DNA of 64,000 nt from Polyangia bacterium (GCA_050287845.1 JBNKCR010000098.1:160001-224000), one strand, 5' to 3'; shown: positions 1-10,301, counted from the first letter of the stretch. Translations and numbers: made by a program. Notes: generated by a model from the sequence alone, not told the origin.

Positions 1-1482
1 GTCATCTATTTCCTTTGCCAGTGTTTCTGTCTGAGAGGCCAACGCGTGGTTGCCCGTTTGAAATTCCAGGAAACATCGATACACTGAATGTTGCAGGTCT
101 GCAAATGCCATATGAAACCCCGCGGAGATTCCTGTCTTTCTGAGCGCATCCTCCACCGCCTGAAGATACTGAGACTCGTACACCTTCTCGCCCGTCAGAC
201 TGGTGACGCCACTGCCTTTCTGGACAAAACGCACCATGGGGAAAGTGCCGAAGAAATCCTCGACTTTCAGAATGTCATTCATGTTATAACGATACAGACC
301 ACTTGGAGTGGTGATAAATACAGCATATTCCCGACCAGTCTCCAGTTCGTGGGCACCCAGAAAAGTGGGATGTTCGCTATCGATTTCATTTCGTTCAACA
401 AACTCGAAGTACAAAAGGTGCGCCGCAAGGATACTGATGTCATCCGCGTTATGCAGGACAATACCGGCGCGGGCTTCGGTAGCCAGATAACCGAATTCCC
501 GAATCACGGTGTGCGGGGGGTAATAGCCTTCGGTCTGTCGAAGATATACGGCAGCGTTCCCACTTTTCCATGTGTTAATCAGCTGCAGGGTTGGCCAGTA
601 ATGGGAAGGACGCAGTGATTCGCCATGCTGCGCCACCAGTTTCTCCAGTTCTCTGGCCCGCTGCCGATTGGGTTTCAGTCGCCCGGTGATTTTCTGCCGG
701 AGATCGCGGTTGATGTTCAGCCCCGGTTTCAATCCGCCATCGTGAATATCCCTTATCATGTCGTTCAGGTTGGCCATCACCGCCCGGTGCATCTCCAGTA
801 AATTGCTTGGATTGGCCGCGACAATCCAGCGGATGGGATATGCGAGACCTGTTCTCAGCAATGCGTAGTATCTCGCGGGATAATCATCAATATCATGCAC
901 TTCGAACGGAATCACCCGAAAGCGGCGGACAAAATCAGAGGCATATGCGTTCATGTGACCTGAAAACGAACCATACGATGTGCCATCTGCGGTGTGGCCC
1001 TCAATCGCTTTGCCCACCATACTGATGTCGTAGCCATCCATGAAGCCCGGATTCTCAACAAACATACTGTGCAGCCACAGATGGCTCAATCCATTGTAGC
1101 ATTCATCGTGATATTTCTGACTGATGGGAATACGTTTGGGCGCATCGGTGGTGCCGCTGGTAGTGGCGTAAAACATTGGCTTTCCGGGAAACAGTACGTC
1201 CGGTTCTCCCTGTTCGTGACGGGACACCCAGGGACGCAGTGATTCGTAGGTGTTGACCGGTACCCGGGTTGCAAACTCGGATGAAGATTGAATTGTGGAG
1301 AATCCGTGCGCTTTCCCGTAGGCAGTGGGTTCGGCGTATCGCATGATGCCGGATAACACGTTCTGTTGGGCTTTTCGGACATTCTGACTTCGGGTGATCA
1401 GGGCTTTCAGCATGGGGGCGCCAAGTTTTCCAAAATGCCATTTCATGAATTTTGCTGCTGTGCGGCGTGCCAATGATGTCAT
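1..1482 (-). CDS. GH3 auxin-responsive promoter family protein (acyl-adenylate-forming amido synthetase-like); 3' end runs off the window
   Basis: Absent from the ORF track. I translated it by hand: open from ATG at 1482 to base 1 (494 codons, MTSLARRTAAKF...). It has the GH3 motifs YATTSGTTDAPKRIP, AANPS, FGYLATE, YFEF, ITTPSGLYRYNMND and GEK. Confidence 0.9.
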   Translation of the reverse strand, partial: MTSLARRTAAKFMKWHFGKLGAPMLKALITRSQNVRKAQQNVLSGIMRYAEPTAYGKAHGFSTIQSSSEFATRVPVNTYESLRPWVSRHEQGEPDVLFPGKPMFYATTSGTTDAPKRIPISQKYHDECYNGLSHLWLHSMFVENPGFMDGYDISMVGKAIEGHTADGTSYGSFSGHMNAYASDFVRRFRVIPFEVHDIDDYPARYYALLRTGLAYPIRWIVAANPSNLLEMHRAVMANLNDMIRDIHDGGLKPGLNINRDLRQKITGRLKPNRQRARELEKLVAQHGESLRPSHYWPTLQLINTWKSGNAAVYLRQTEGYYPPHTVIREFGYLATEARAGIVLHNADDISILAAHLLYFEFVERNEIDSEHPTFLGAHELETGREYAVFITTPSGLYRYNMNDILKVEDFFGTFPMVRFVQKGSGVTSLTGEKVYESQYLQAVEDALRKTGISAGFHMAFADLQHSVYRCFLEFQTGNHALASQTETLAKEIDD

Positions 1483-1823
1483 ACAAGTGTACTGTCCTGT
1501 TGATTAAATCGATTCAAAAATGTGACCATTCTTGGTGGTGTAGGCAAATAAAATTACTCATTTTCTATTCATTACGCCATTGTTTCCAATCTGGCCCCGG
1601 ACCAGATACATAGGTTTCGCCATTTGTTCAAAGTGAATAGGAAAAATATATATTAGTCCGGCGATGACGTCGAACACAATTGATTCAAAGCAACCCGGAT
1701 AGAACGGGGCGTGATTCTTATGGATTCCGCTGGACCTGGTCTGGGAGAAATGTGATAACGCCGCCAGATTAGCGGCGCGTTGATGAATGTTGTACATGTA
1801 ATTGAAAGTGGATACTCAATAGC

Positions 1824-3746
1824 GTGATGTGGTTTCGATGTAGACATAGATTGCTGCAACCGTGGAAATTGCTTTCGGTTTTTCTGTTGATTCTGGGGGG
1901 GGCGTCGGGGTGTCGTCATCGTATGGATCCGGATGTACAGTTCCGGGAGGGAAAACAGATTGGCAGTATTCAGTTTTTTGGAAACGAAGCACTGTCATCG
2001 GAGCAGTTACGGGCATATCTGCCAATTCAGAGAAAAGATTACTTTCTTACCGAAACCGAGTCAGCGGTTTTTGATATTCTGCTCCAGGCGTACGCCGCCC
2101 ATGGATATTACCATGCGGTTCTTGACAAAGTGGATGTGGTTGAACGACGAAACCGACTGCATATCCGGGTGCATCTTCGCGAAGGGCTGCCCACGGTGGT
2201 GCGCTCCATCCGTTTTGAATATACAGACGCTCCCAATAACCGACAACGCTTTGAAGCGGATTTGCCGTTGAAGGAGGGGGAAGCGGCGGATATTGAAAAA
2301 CTGAATCAATCCGTAGCGCTGATAAAGGAACGATTGGCCGATGACGGTCGCGCCCTGGGAGAAGTGAACGAATCGATGGTGGTCGTTCGTGACGAATATG
2401 CTGCGGATGTGGTGTTCAAAATGAATGTGGGCCCGATTTGCCGGGTGGATCATATCGGCGTGATTGGCCTCATCCATGCGCCGGAAGATTTGGTGTATGA
2501 TGAACTGGAAGAATTCGAAGGCCAGGTCTTTACTCCGGGAGTGGCCAGCGCCATTGAAGAAAATCTCGCAGAACTGAATGCGTTTCGCATGATCACGGTT
2601 TCGCCGGTGGCCAACGATCGGGAAAAGGGATTGGTGGACCTGGAAATTGCGGTGGTGGAGGCCGATTTCCGCTCTCTGAAGTTGGGCGTGGGGGTTCAGT
2701 TTGAAACCAACAAATTCCTCGGCTGGACCTCGGCGGTCTATCAGAACAATAATTATTTTCACCGCCTTAATCAGTTTCAGTTGAAGTCCCGACTGGGCTG
2801 GGCATTGGTGCCTGCTCTCTGGAAAGTGGAAGATCAGGGTCCGGTGGTGCTCCTGGAACCCAGCGTTACCCGCACGGGTTTTGTGGAGCGTCACCTGAAG
2901 TGGAACTGGGCACTGGGGTTGCAGACCGACGTGGAAGAGAACTACAAACTGTTTTCGCCATCGTCACGGCTTTCGGTTTCCCGAAATTTCGTTCGTCATC
3001 TGAATATCCGGTTGTCATATAATTTTGAGTACATCGTGCTATATGGCGTGGATGACTTTGTGATGGAGACACTGCAGCGGGACTACGAGGATATGCGCAG
3101 TCCCATTCGGCTCGCGGATTTGAATGCGAGCGCCCGTCTGTGGTTTACCGACACCCGGGATGATCCGAATAACGGCGTGGTTCTCCGATTCAATTACTGG
3201 CATTCCGGCTGGTATCTGGCCAGTGAGGTATCCTATAACAAGTACAGTCCATCGGTATCCGCGTACTGGAGAATTTTTCCATTTCTTCAAATCGCGTTGC
3301 ACAGTGAGTTGGGATTCATTTTTCCCTTTGGCAACGCGGATTATTCGGGAATTCGCGCGAATTTCTTTCTCGGTGGACACAATACGGTGCGCGGTTGGGG
3401 GGGAAAGCGTCTGGCGCCCTGGGTTCGAATCTGCGCGTCTGGCGCCCCCCAGAATTGCGAAAAGATTTGGATTGGCGGAAAGACCATGGTGCAGGGCAAT
3501 GCGGAATTGCGATTTCGCATGAACGACGTGGTGAGTGCGGTGGTTTTTCTGGATGTGGGAGATGTTCAATACGACATTCGCACCATTGTGCCCAATGACT
3601 GGAATTATTCCGTGGGGTCCGGTGTGCGAGTCAGTACCCCCATCGGTAAAATCCGTTTCGATGTGGGGTTCAGACTGAACGAACCCCCGCAGTATCGTGA
3701 AGAACGGCGATTCGGGGTTCATCTGGGTCTGGGGGAGGCATTTTGA
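1824..3746 (+). CDS. tamA: Omp85/TamA-family outer membrane protein (POTRA domains + beta-barrel)
   Basis: 640 aa with a signal peptide, POTRA-like repeats, a GGHNTVRGW loop-6 motif and a C-terminal beta-signal HLGLGEAF. Its stop overlaps the start of the tamB-like gene. Confidence 0.85.
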   Translation: MMWFRCRHRLLQPWKLLSVFLLILGGASGCRHRMDPDVQFREGKQIGSIQFFGNEALSSEQLRAYLPIQRKDYFLTETESAVFDILLQAYAAHGYYHAVLDKVDVVERRNRLHIRVHLREGLPTVVRSIRFEYTDAPNNRQRFEADLPLKEGEAADIEKLNQSVALIKERLADDGRALGEVNESMVVVRDEYAADVVFKMNVGPICRVDHIGVIGLIHAPEDLVYDELEEFEGQVFTPGVASAIEENLAELNAFRMITVSPVANDREKGLVDLEIAVVEADFRSLKLGVGVQFETNKFLGWTSAVYQNNNYFHRLNQFQLKSRLGWALVPALWKVEDQGPVVLLEPSVTRTGFVERHLKWNWALGLQTDVEENYKLFSPSSRLSVSRNFVRHLNIRLSYNFEYIVLYGVDDFVMETLQRDYEDMRSPIRLADLNASARLWFTDTRDDPNNGVVLRFNYWHSGWYLASEVSYNKYSPSVSAYWRIFPFLQIALHSELGFIFPFGNADYSGIRANFFLGGHNTVRGWGGKRLAPWVRICASGAPQNCEKIWIGGKTMVQGNAELRFRMNDVVSAVVFLDVGDVQYDIRTIVPNDWNYSVGSGVRVSTPIGKIRFDVGFRLNEPPQYREERRFGVHLGLGEAF

Positions 3747-6700
3747 ACAGGCGAGTGAAAATACGATGGATGGTCGGTGGCGGGGTTATCCTCACACCGG
3801 TGATTCTGCTGCTTGTCGTATCCTCCTGGCTGCTGTTCACCAACTCCGGCGCGCGTTGGGGAATCCATTCGGCTCTGGATTGGTATAATACCCGCATTCC
3901 GGGGCACATTCAGATAAGAAACATCTCGGGAGCGATTGCATCTGAATTGGCCTTAACGGGGATTGATGCGTCCAATCGGGACGGTCGGCGGATTCTGCAT
4001 ATTGAAAGACTCGATGTGTCCGTTCGCCCGGAACGGATTTTCCACAACGAAATTCAGGTGAAACGGCTTGGCCTGCAAAACGGCTTTCTGGTGTTGGAGC
4101 GCGATGATGCGGCGTTCACCGTTTCGGATCTGGCTCCTCCGGGTACTTCCGAATCCCAAAAAAAAGAAGGCCCGCTGATTCCGGCGTTGCCCATTGGCCT
4201 GGTGGTGTCTCAGATTGCCCTGGACAATATCAGGCTGGTGCAGCAGACGGAGACAGCCACCGGAACACCGGTACGCATTGGCGCACTTAGAGGCGATTTG
4301 AGTTGGCAGGAGCATCTGGCGCTGAATCTGTCAAAGTTAGAAGGAGAGCTGAAGTCCGGACAGCAGTCCTTTGCGTTTGCCATCGACGATGGGGCCGGAC
4401 TCACGCTGAAGTCCGAGTCTCTTCAAACCGCACTGAATCTGCGTTCTTCAGTTGGAGAAGTGCGGGCTGTGGTGCATTCCAAACTTTCCCAGTCGCTGGT
4501 GTCGCAGGTGAATATAGAAATGCACCTGCCATCCGTGGCCGCCCTGACAGGCAATGGAACGTTTCCTGCGGGAGTTGACGGCGAGTTGGATGTCGGGGGT
4601 AAAGTGACTTTCCGGCTGGACGATTCGGGCCGTCCCATTGTGGATGCAGACTTGGCGTGCAACGACTGCGCCCTGAAAAATCTGGGGGAAATGTCGATGA
4701 AACTCCATGCCTCCCTGGCAGGAGAGGATATTGCAGCCAGTGCCGATGTGGGGATTCCGGACGTTGCGCTCAATGCCAGCTTCACTGGCAACACAGGCGG
4801 CGAAGGAACTCTGAACGCCGCGGTTGAGGGCCGACTGTCTTCAGACCGGGCACAGCAGTTTGGTCTGGATGGGTCGGCTTCCCACCTGCGGGCCAATGGC
4901 GCCTGTCACCTGGGGGCGGATGTGGCCTGTCAGGGGAAGTTGGCGGTGGAACAGCTGCGATACGAAACCATTGCGGCGGAAAAACTGCTGGCGGATGTCA
5001 ACGTGAATGTGACTGGGGGGAAGCCGGTGGTGGATGGTCACATCCAAATCGATGGGCTGAATGCCAGCGGTACACCGGTGAATCGTATTGATATTTCAGG
5101 CGATCTGGCAGACCAATTGCTGACGATACAGGTGAATGCCGCAAATCCCAATGGTGATGCCGCCACATTGAATTCAACGATAGACATGAGCGATGGGTTG
5201 AAAATCCGGGTGGCCGCGCTGAAAAGTACTTTGCGCGGCATCACCGTTGAAAGCCAGTCTCCGTTCGGCATCAATGTGAAAAATGACACGGTAGAGGCCA
5301 TATCGCCCATATCGTTGGACGTGAACGGGGCGCCCATTGTGATTTCCGCGTTCAACAGGAACAGCCATTCCCTTCACGGTGACCTGACATTTGAACGGGT
5401 TTCGCTGGGCAACCTTTCTCTGCTTCTGGGCGTGCCGGTGCAGGGACGGGCCACCGGTCGGGTGAAAGTGTCCGGGGAGCCTGAAGATCCGGAAGTATCG
5501 GTTCAGATGACCCTGGACAACGTTGCATACCGCAAGCTGACGCTGGCGAAGATTGCTGCCAATGCGCAATTGAAAAAGAAAAAGCTCTCGATGAGCCTTC
5601 AGGCCAGTGAGCCGGATGGGGTTCAGCTTCAACTCTCCGGCGCCATCCCGTTTGGGGTAAATTTCAACCGGATGACGTTTGAAATGAACCGGCACAAACA
5701 CGGCAGAATCGATTGGTCCGTGAAAGACTTGTCCAGTGAAATGCTTACAGGGATGGCAGAACTCCCCCGCAATCTGATGTTTTCGGTGGATGGCGCAGGA
5801 GTGCTGGCATTCAGCGCCGGCGCCCTCAGTGCATCCGGAGAAATTGATTTTCAGGTCACCCATCCGCTCACCGGTCGCGTTGACGGGCATTCAACGATTG
5901 CATTGAATCGGGATTCCCAGGAGGTGACCGTGGCCGTCGATTCATTTCATGGGCAACCGTTTGCGCTGGACCTCAACTCGAACTTCAACCTCAACCGGTT
6001 GTTGAAATCGAAAGTTCCCGCCGGGGAAATAACGCTGCACACACGCATTGGCAGTGGCGTGGTTACGGCGAGCGGACAACTGAACGGTACCGATGAGGCA
6101 CAGTTTCATCTGACGATGGATACGCTGTCCATTAATGTTGCGAGCGAGCTTGTGGGCGGGCCGCCGGTGGATGGCACTGTGACAGGGGACACTTTCTGGA
6201 CGATTAATTTTCGTACGCTCGAATTTGGTCCCGTGAAAGACACCCCATGGCGATTGTCCTGGCAGCTGAAAAAACTGTCGCCATCGCTGCTGACCCATTT
6301 CGGTATATCCGTCAGTCCGTTGATGTTCGAAATTGATTTTAACGGTTCGGTGGAATACGACGGTCAGACCTTGAAAAGCCTCGGGAAACTCGATGGCTGG
6401 GCGGGCCATGGACTGTTGCTGCGATTGCCGGTAAAACTGGATTTCGATGTTGCCTCCACCAGTCAGCGTCTTAGTGCCGCGTGGACGATGCCCACCGGAG
6501 AATCCGCGGGACTCGATATTGAAGGCTCCCTTGATATTCAGAAGTTAATCCGTTCCCGGAAATTCGATTTGCCTTATTTTACTTCGCAGATTCGGGTAGG
6601 GGATGCACAGATTTCCATGGATGGAGAGCTGACCGGCCAGTTGGGCGGTGTTCAACAATTGCTCCGCAATGGAAAGTTTCATCTTGCCGCTGAGCACGTA

Positions 6701-8659
6701 CTGCTCTCGCAGTTTCACCCGTTTCTGCCAACTGGAGAAATCGACGGGGACGTTTCACTGAACGCGGATTTCACTCTTAAAGACGGACTGCTGGTTGCGG
6801 ATGCCGCGCTGACTGGCAGCAATATTTCCGGAAGGCATTTTCGAATAGATGAAATCAGACTGCAGGGGGCGTATGCCAATGAACAGTTGAATGTGAATTT
6901 CATTGCGAGGCATCCCTATGGCGATAACGTGACCGCCAACGCCACGGTGCCCATGTTGCTGGATGTGCCATCCCTCGTATTTCGCTGGCACCGCGATTCC
7001 CCTCATCACATGGACTGGAAAATCCCCGATATGAGTCTGTATCCGTTCCGGCATTTTCTGAATGTGCCGCCGGTGTTTGATGTGTCTTTCCGCTCGGATG
7101 GTCGGGTGAACGGTGACCCCCACAAATTTAACGCCACCGCCGTCATGTCCGGAGAAATCAGGACGCCCGGGCGCGAATCCGTGCCCTATCGGATATCGGT
7201 GTCGGCCAGCGAACTGCAACAGTACTTGAAAATGCGGTTGGCATTCGAAGAACACAACACGTGCGCATTGAATCTGCATACTGGGGCCGATATTCCGGCC
7301 ATCGCATCCGGAAAGCAACGCTGGCGCGACGTGACGTTCAAAGGTGATTTCAACTCCGGAAATTTTGATTTGCGATTTTTTGATTTACTGGGTCTTCCGA
7401 TTGTCTCGCGTCCCGGGGGCGTGATGCGTGCCGAGGCGAAACTGTCCGGCAGCATGAACCAGCCCGACTGGCGCGGTTACGTGCGCCTGAATAATGTACA
7501 TTTTGCCATCGTTGGGTTGGCCAACCGGATACACGGCGTGTCCGGTGATTTTCGACTGGAAAACAATACGCTCTCCATCCCGTCTCTGCGTTTTAAAAGT
7601 GGCAGAGGAAAAGGGGTTTTCAGCGGCAAGGCAACCATGGACCGCGGTGTGGCCCGGGGAAGGGGCAAACTGGATTTGTTTCAGTTTCCTGTGGCCAGTG
7701 CGGGCCTTCCCCGATTTGTGATGGACCTGAAGAGTCAATTCAGAATCAACGCCACGGACAAACTGGTTGATGTGAATGTTGCGCTGAATCGCAGCACGTT
7801 CACCAAACCGGCGGAAAACCGGAATGGGGCTCGGTTTGTGCCCTCCAACAGTAACGTGACAGTACGCAACGCCGACGAATCTCCGGACACTGCGGTCCCC
7901 GGGATTGACTACAATATCAGAATTCTCAGTAAATTCCCTATCGCGGTGGTTGGCAAGGATATGGATACCCGGTGGAATATGGATTTGCAGCTGAGCCGCA
8001 TGAGCGGTGTCGGGGCCATTGGCGGCAGCATTGATTCCAAACGGGGAACGTTTAATCTGTTTCAGAGTATTTTCACCATGCAGAAAGGAGAGCTCACCCT
8101 GTCGAGTAATCCGAATCTCACGGCGTATCTGCAACTGGAGGCAACCAGCCTGATTTCATCATACACCGTTAATCTCGGAGTGAGTGGCAATCTGCTGCAT
8201 CCCAGGCTGCGGCTCTCTTCGTCTCCAGCGCTCACCGAAGAGCAGATATTATCGCTTCTGGTTTCCGGCAGCGCAGAAGAGGATGCGGAAACCTCAACCG
8301 GCGCCGTTACCACTTTGCTGGCGGTGCAGTATCCGGGTATTCACAATCTGCTGTACAATCGTTTCGGTATCAGTCAGCTGCGAATCGAAACCACCAAAGA
8401 GGGAAGTACCGCCCTCAAGGCCGGAAAGCGGGTTACCCGACGTTCCACTGTGTACACGGTCATGAACCCCAATCCGGCAAAAGACGAAAATGACTTGGAA
8501 ATACAGGTGGAAACAGGGTTAACCGATAAAACCAGTGTGGGTACCGCCGTGGGCGAAAAGAGTTCATCGTTTGGTATTTATCGCCGAGTTCCCATCCCCA
8601 ACGAAAAGCCCCCGCGATTGCAACCCCGGCGACGCAGTGGTGAATCACCGTCTCCATAA
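3743..8659 (+). CDS. tamB: TamB/AsmA-like translocation and assembly module protein (DUF490-type C-terminus)
   Basis: 1638 aa with an N-terminal membrane anchor, a long beta-rich body and C-terminal 'P.L.LSSSPALTEEQILSLLVSG'. Overlaps tamA by 4 bp (TTGA). Confidence 0.85.
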   Translation: MNRRVKIRWMVGGGVILTPVILLLVVSSWLLFTNSGARWGIHSALDWYNTRIPGHIQIRNISGAIASELALTGIDASNRDGRRILHIERLDVSVRPERIFHNEIQVKRLGLQNGFLVLERDDAAFTVSDLAPPGTSESQKKEGPLIPALPIGLVVSQIALDNIRLVQQTETATGTPVRIGALRGDLSWQEHLALNLSKLEGELKSGQQSFAFAIDDGAGLTLKSESLQTALNLRSSVGEVRAVVHSKLSQSLVSQVNIEMHLPSVAALTGNGTFPAGVDGELDVGGKVTFRLDDSGRPIVDADLACNDCALKNLGEMSMKLHASLAGEDIAASADVGIPDVALNASFTGNTGGEGTLNAAVEGRLSSDRAQQFGLDGSASHLRANGACHLGADVACQGKLAVEQLRYETIAAEKLLADVNVNVTGGKPVVDGHIQIDGLNASGTPVNRIDISGDLADQLLTIQVNAANPNGDAATLNSTIDMSDGLKIRVAALKSTLRGITVESQSPFGINVKNDTVEAISPISLDVNGAPIVISAFNRNSHSLHGDLTFERVSLGNLSLLLGVPVQGRATGRVKVSGEPEDPEVSVQMTLDNVAYRKLTLAKIAANAQLKKKKLSMSLQASEPDGVQLQLSGAIPFGVNFNRMTFEMNRHKHGRIDWSVKDLSSEMLTGMAELPRNLMFSVDGAGVLAFSAGALSASGEIDFQVTHPLTGRVDGHSTIALNRDSQEVTVAVDSFHGQPFALDLNSNFNLNRLLKSKVPAGEITLHTRIGSGVVTASGQLNGTDEAQFHLTMDTLSINVASELVGGPPVDGTVTGDTFWTINFRTLEFGPVKDTPWRLSWQLKKLSPSLLTHFGISVSPLMFEIDFNGSVEYDGQTLKSLGKLDGWAGHGLLLRLPVKLDFDVASTSQRLSAAWTMPTGESAGLDIEGSLDIQKLIRSRKFDLPYFTSQIRVGDAQISMDGELTGQLGGVQQLLRNGKFHLAAEHVLLSQFHPFLPTGEIDGDVSLNADFTLKDGLLVADAALTGSNISGRHFRIDEIRLQGAYANEQLNVNFIARHPYGDNVTANATVPMLLDVPSLVFRWHRDSPHHMDWKIPDMSLYPFRHFLNVPPVFDVSFRSDGRVNGDPHKFNATAVMSGEIRTPGRESVPYRISVSASELQQYLKMRLAFEEHNTCALNLHTGADIPAIASGKQRWRDVTFKGDFNSGNFDLRFFDLLGLPIVSRPGGVMRAEAKLSGSMNQPDWRGYVRLNNVHFAIVGLANRIHGVSGDFRLENNTLSIPSLRFKSGRGKGVFSGKATMDRGVARGRGKLDLFQFPVASAGLPRFVMDLKSQFRINATDKLVDVNVALNRSTFTKPAENRNGARFVPSNSNVTVRNADESPDTAVPGIDYNIRILSKFPIAVVGKDMDTRWNMDLQLSRMSGVGAIGGSIDSKRGTFNLFQSIFTMQKGELTLSSNPNLTAYLQLEATSLISSYTVNLGVSGNLLHPRLRLSSSPALTEEQILSLLVSGSAEEDAETSTGAVTTLLAVQYPGIHNLLYNRFGISQLRIETTKEGSTALKAGKRVTRRSTVYTVMNPNPAKDENDLEIQVETGLTDKTSVGTAVGEKSSSFGIYRRVPIPNEKPPRLQPRRRSGESPSP

Positions 8660-8702
8660 CTCATTTCGATTCGGTGGTGTATGCCGCAGCAGATGCCGTC
8701 GT

Positions 8703-9797
8703 TCAGAACCATTTTTTCACTTTGAACAGGATGAGCATTCCGATGGCAAGAGCAGCCATAACGGAGAGCACTGTATAATACGCGTACCTGAAATGCAGTT
8801 CCGGCATATGGTCAAAGTTCATCCCGTACAGGCCGGCGAGAAATCCCAGGGGAATGAATATGGCGCTCATCATTGTCAGCACTTTCATGATTTCGTTCAT
8901 CCGATGGCTCATGAGCGACAGATAGCTATCCATCACCATAGATGCGGACTCCCGATGACTCTCAATGGTATCAAGCAGACCATTCACATGATCTCTGAGG
9001 TCCTTCAGATATGGGCTGATACCGTTGGAAATGAGCGGCAAATCGCCGGAAGACAATGTGTCGGCAATTGCTCTCAACGGACGACAGGCTTTCTTTGCGG
9101 CCGCGATGCGTTGCTTCAGATCGTGAATCTGATTCACGTGATTTCCATGGGGGGAACTCATGACCTCATCTTCCAGGAGGTCCAGTTGTTCGCTGTGTAC
9201 ATCGGCGAGAAAGGTATATGTATCCACCACAAAATCAATCATTGAGTACATCAGGTATTCGCAACCGTACCGTCGCATTCGGGAGTCAGGCTGTTGCATT
9301 CGATACAGCAGCGATTCAAAATGAAACATGTCCGATTCCTGAAATGACACAATCAGGTTTTCAAACAGCAATACTGAAATATGTTCAAAATGAATCTCCA
9401 TGGTCTTTTCATTGAAAATCGGCACTTTCAGAATGACAAACAGAAAATTGTCCTGAATTTCAATTTTGGCGGCGTGTGACGAATTGACAACATCTTCGAG
9501 TACCAGGGACGGGATTTCCAGCTTGAGGCCGATTTCCTTGATCAAGTCGGTATTGTGCAGACCACTCACTTGAATCCATCGCTTCCGATGCTCCCCGGCG
9601 GGCAACGAAAACGAGGTGTCCAGTGTCAGACGTTTCACCCCCGTTTCGTCGAAATCGGTGACGTGCACATTCACCGCGCCGGGGGGTTGCTTTCCGGTGT
9701 AAATGACAGTGCCGGGCGCCGTGCCAAGCTTTTGCATCAGCTTCCGCACTCTGGATGTCGCATCGTGAAGATTGCTGGAAAAAACTTTTTTATACAT
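8703..9797 (-). CDS. corA: Magnesium/cobalt transporter CorA
   Basis: GLYGMNF and MPEL motifs plus two C-terminal TM helices. ATG at 9797 is preceded by an AGGAG SD. Confidence 0.95.
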   Translation of the reverse strand: MYKKVFSSNLHDATSRVRKLMQKLGTAPGTVIYTGKQPPGAVNVHVTDFDETGVKRLTLDTSFSLPAGEHRKRWIQVSGLHNTDLIKEIGLKLEIPSLVLEDVVNSSHAAKIEIQDNFLFVILKVPIFNEKTMEIHFEHISVLLFENLIVSFQESDMFHFESLLYRMQQPDSRMRRYGCEYLMYSMIDFVVDTYTFLADVHSEQLDLLEDEVMSSPHGNHVNQIHDLKQRIAAAKKACRPLRAIADTLSSGDLPLISNGISPYLKDLRDHVNGLLDTIESHRESASMVMDSYLSLMSHRMNEIMKVLTMMSAIFIPLGFLAGLYGMNFDHMPELHFRYAYYTVLSVMAALAIGMLILFKVKKWF

Positions 9798-10023
9798 ACC
9801 TGATCTCCTGTCAGACAGATTCTTCTGGAGAACCTTCTGATTCAATTTGAGAATGCGAACGAAACTGTATCAGCGAGATATAATTATTTCAGTACAAATA
9901 AACGTATGTTCTGCAGAATACAACGCAAAGGAAATGATGATTGGTGCGTGACGCAAAAGGGGGAGGGGCACTGTTCAGTGAACATCCGGTCGTTTCTCGG
10001 GCGATCACCTGAAAGGCGCAGCG

Positions 10024-10209
10024 TCAGATGTATACATCAATCAGTCTTCCCAGTCCTGAAGGCGAAGCAACTCTGGCCGGCGGCGGCGCTTCTGCGGACT
10101 GAATGAGCTGAACGGCTGCTTCTCCCTGTTGTTCCATTACTTCCTTGTGCTTTTTCATAACCGCCACATCCATGGCAGTTGCTGTCATTTCTGGACTGAT
10201 ACCGTTCAC
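10024..10209 (-). CDS. YjfB-family putative motility protein
   Basis: 61 aa from GTG 10209 with an AAGGAG SD. The pattern 'VAVMKK...QQGEAAVQLIQS...GLGRLIDVYI' matches the YjfB family. Confidence 0.8.
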   Translation of the reverse strand: MNGISPEMTATAMDVAVMKKHKEVMEQQGEAAVQLIQSAEAPPPARVASPSGLGRLIDVYI

Positions 10210-10274
10210 CTCGGAACTCCTTTGTAAATGTATTCTCCGGCAGAACAAACCGGCATGTTTGCCCGCCAGGTATA

Positions 10275-10301
10275 ACGTCGGCGGGAAAAGGAATTTCTTG
10301 A
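10275..10301 (-). promoter_or_regulatory. Putative sigma28 (FliA) promoter
   Basis: Minus strand reads TCAAG-N14-GCCGACGT, the canonical spacing, about 65 bp upstream of the yjfB-like gene. Confidence 0.6.

Noticed and set aside
505..525. Possible frameshift at the G6 run in the GH3 gene
   Set aside because: Recounting shows the frame continues (YYPPHTVIREFGY); there is no break.
88..618. 176-aa + strand ORF and other small ORFs in 88-1486
   Set aside because: They are antisense or out-of-frame shadows of the GH3 gene on the - strand.
1558..1797. 79-aa ORF between the GH3 gene and tamA
   Set aside because: No recognisable motif or SD; it lies in the probable divergent promoter region.
9846..10023. 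Mg2+ (M-box), glycine or c-di-GMP riboswitch upstream of corA
   Set aside because: Only isolated words (AGGTGA, CTTTCAGG, GACGCAAA) occur, in the wrong order or on the wrong strand. The conserved cores are absent.
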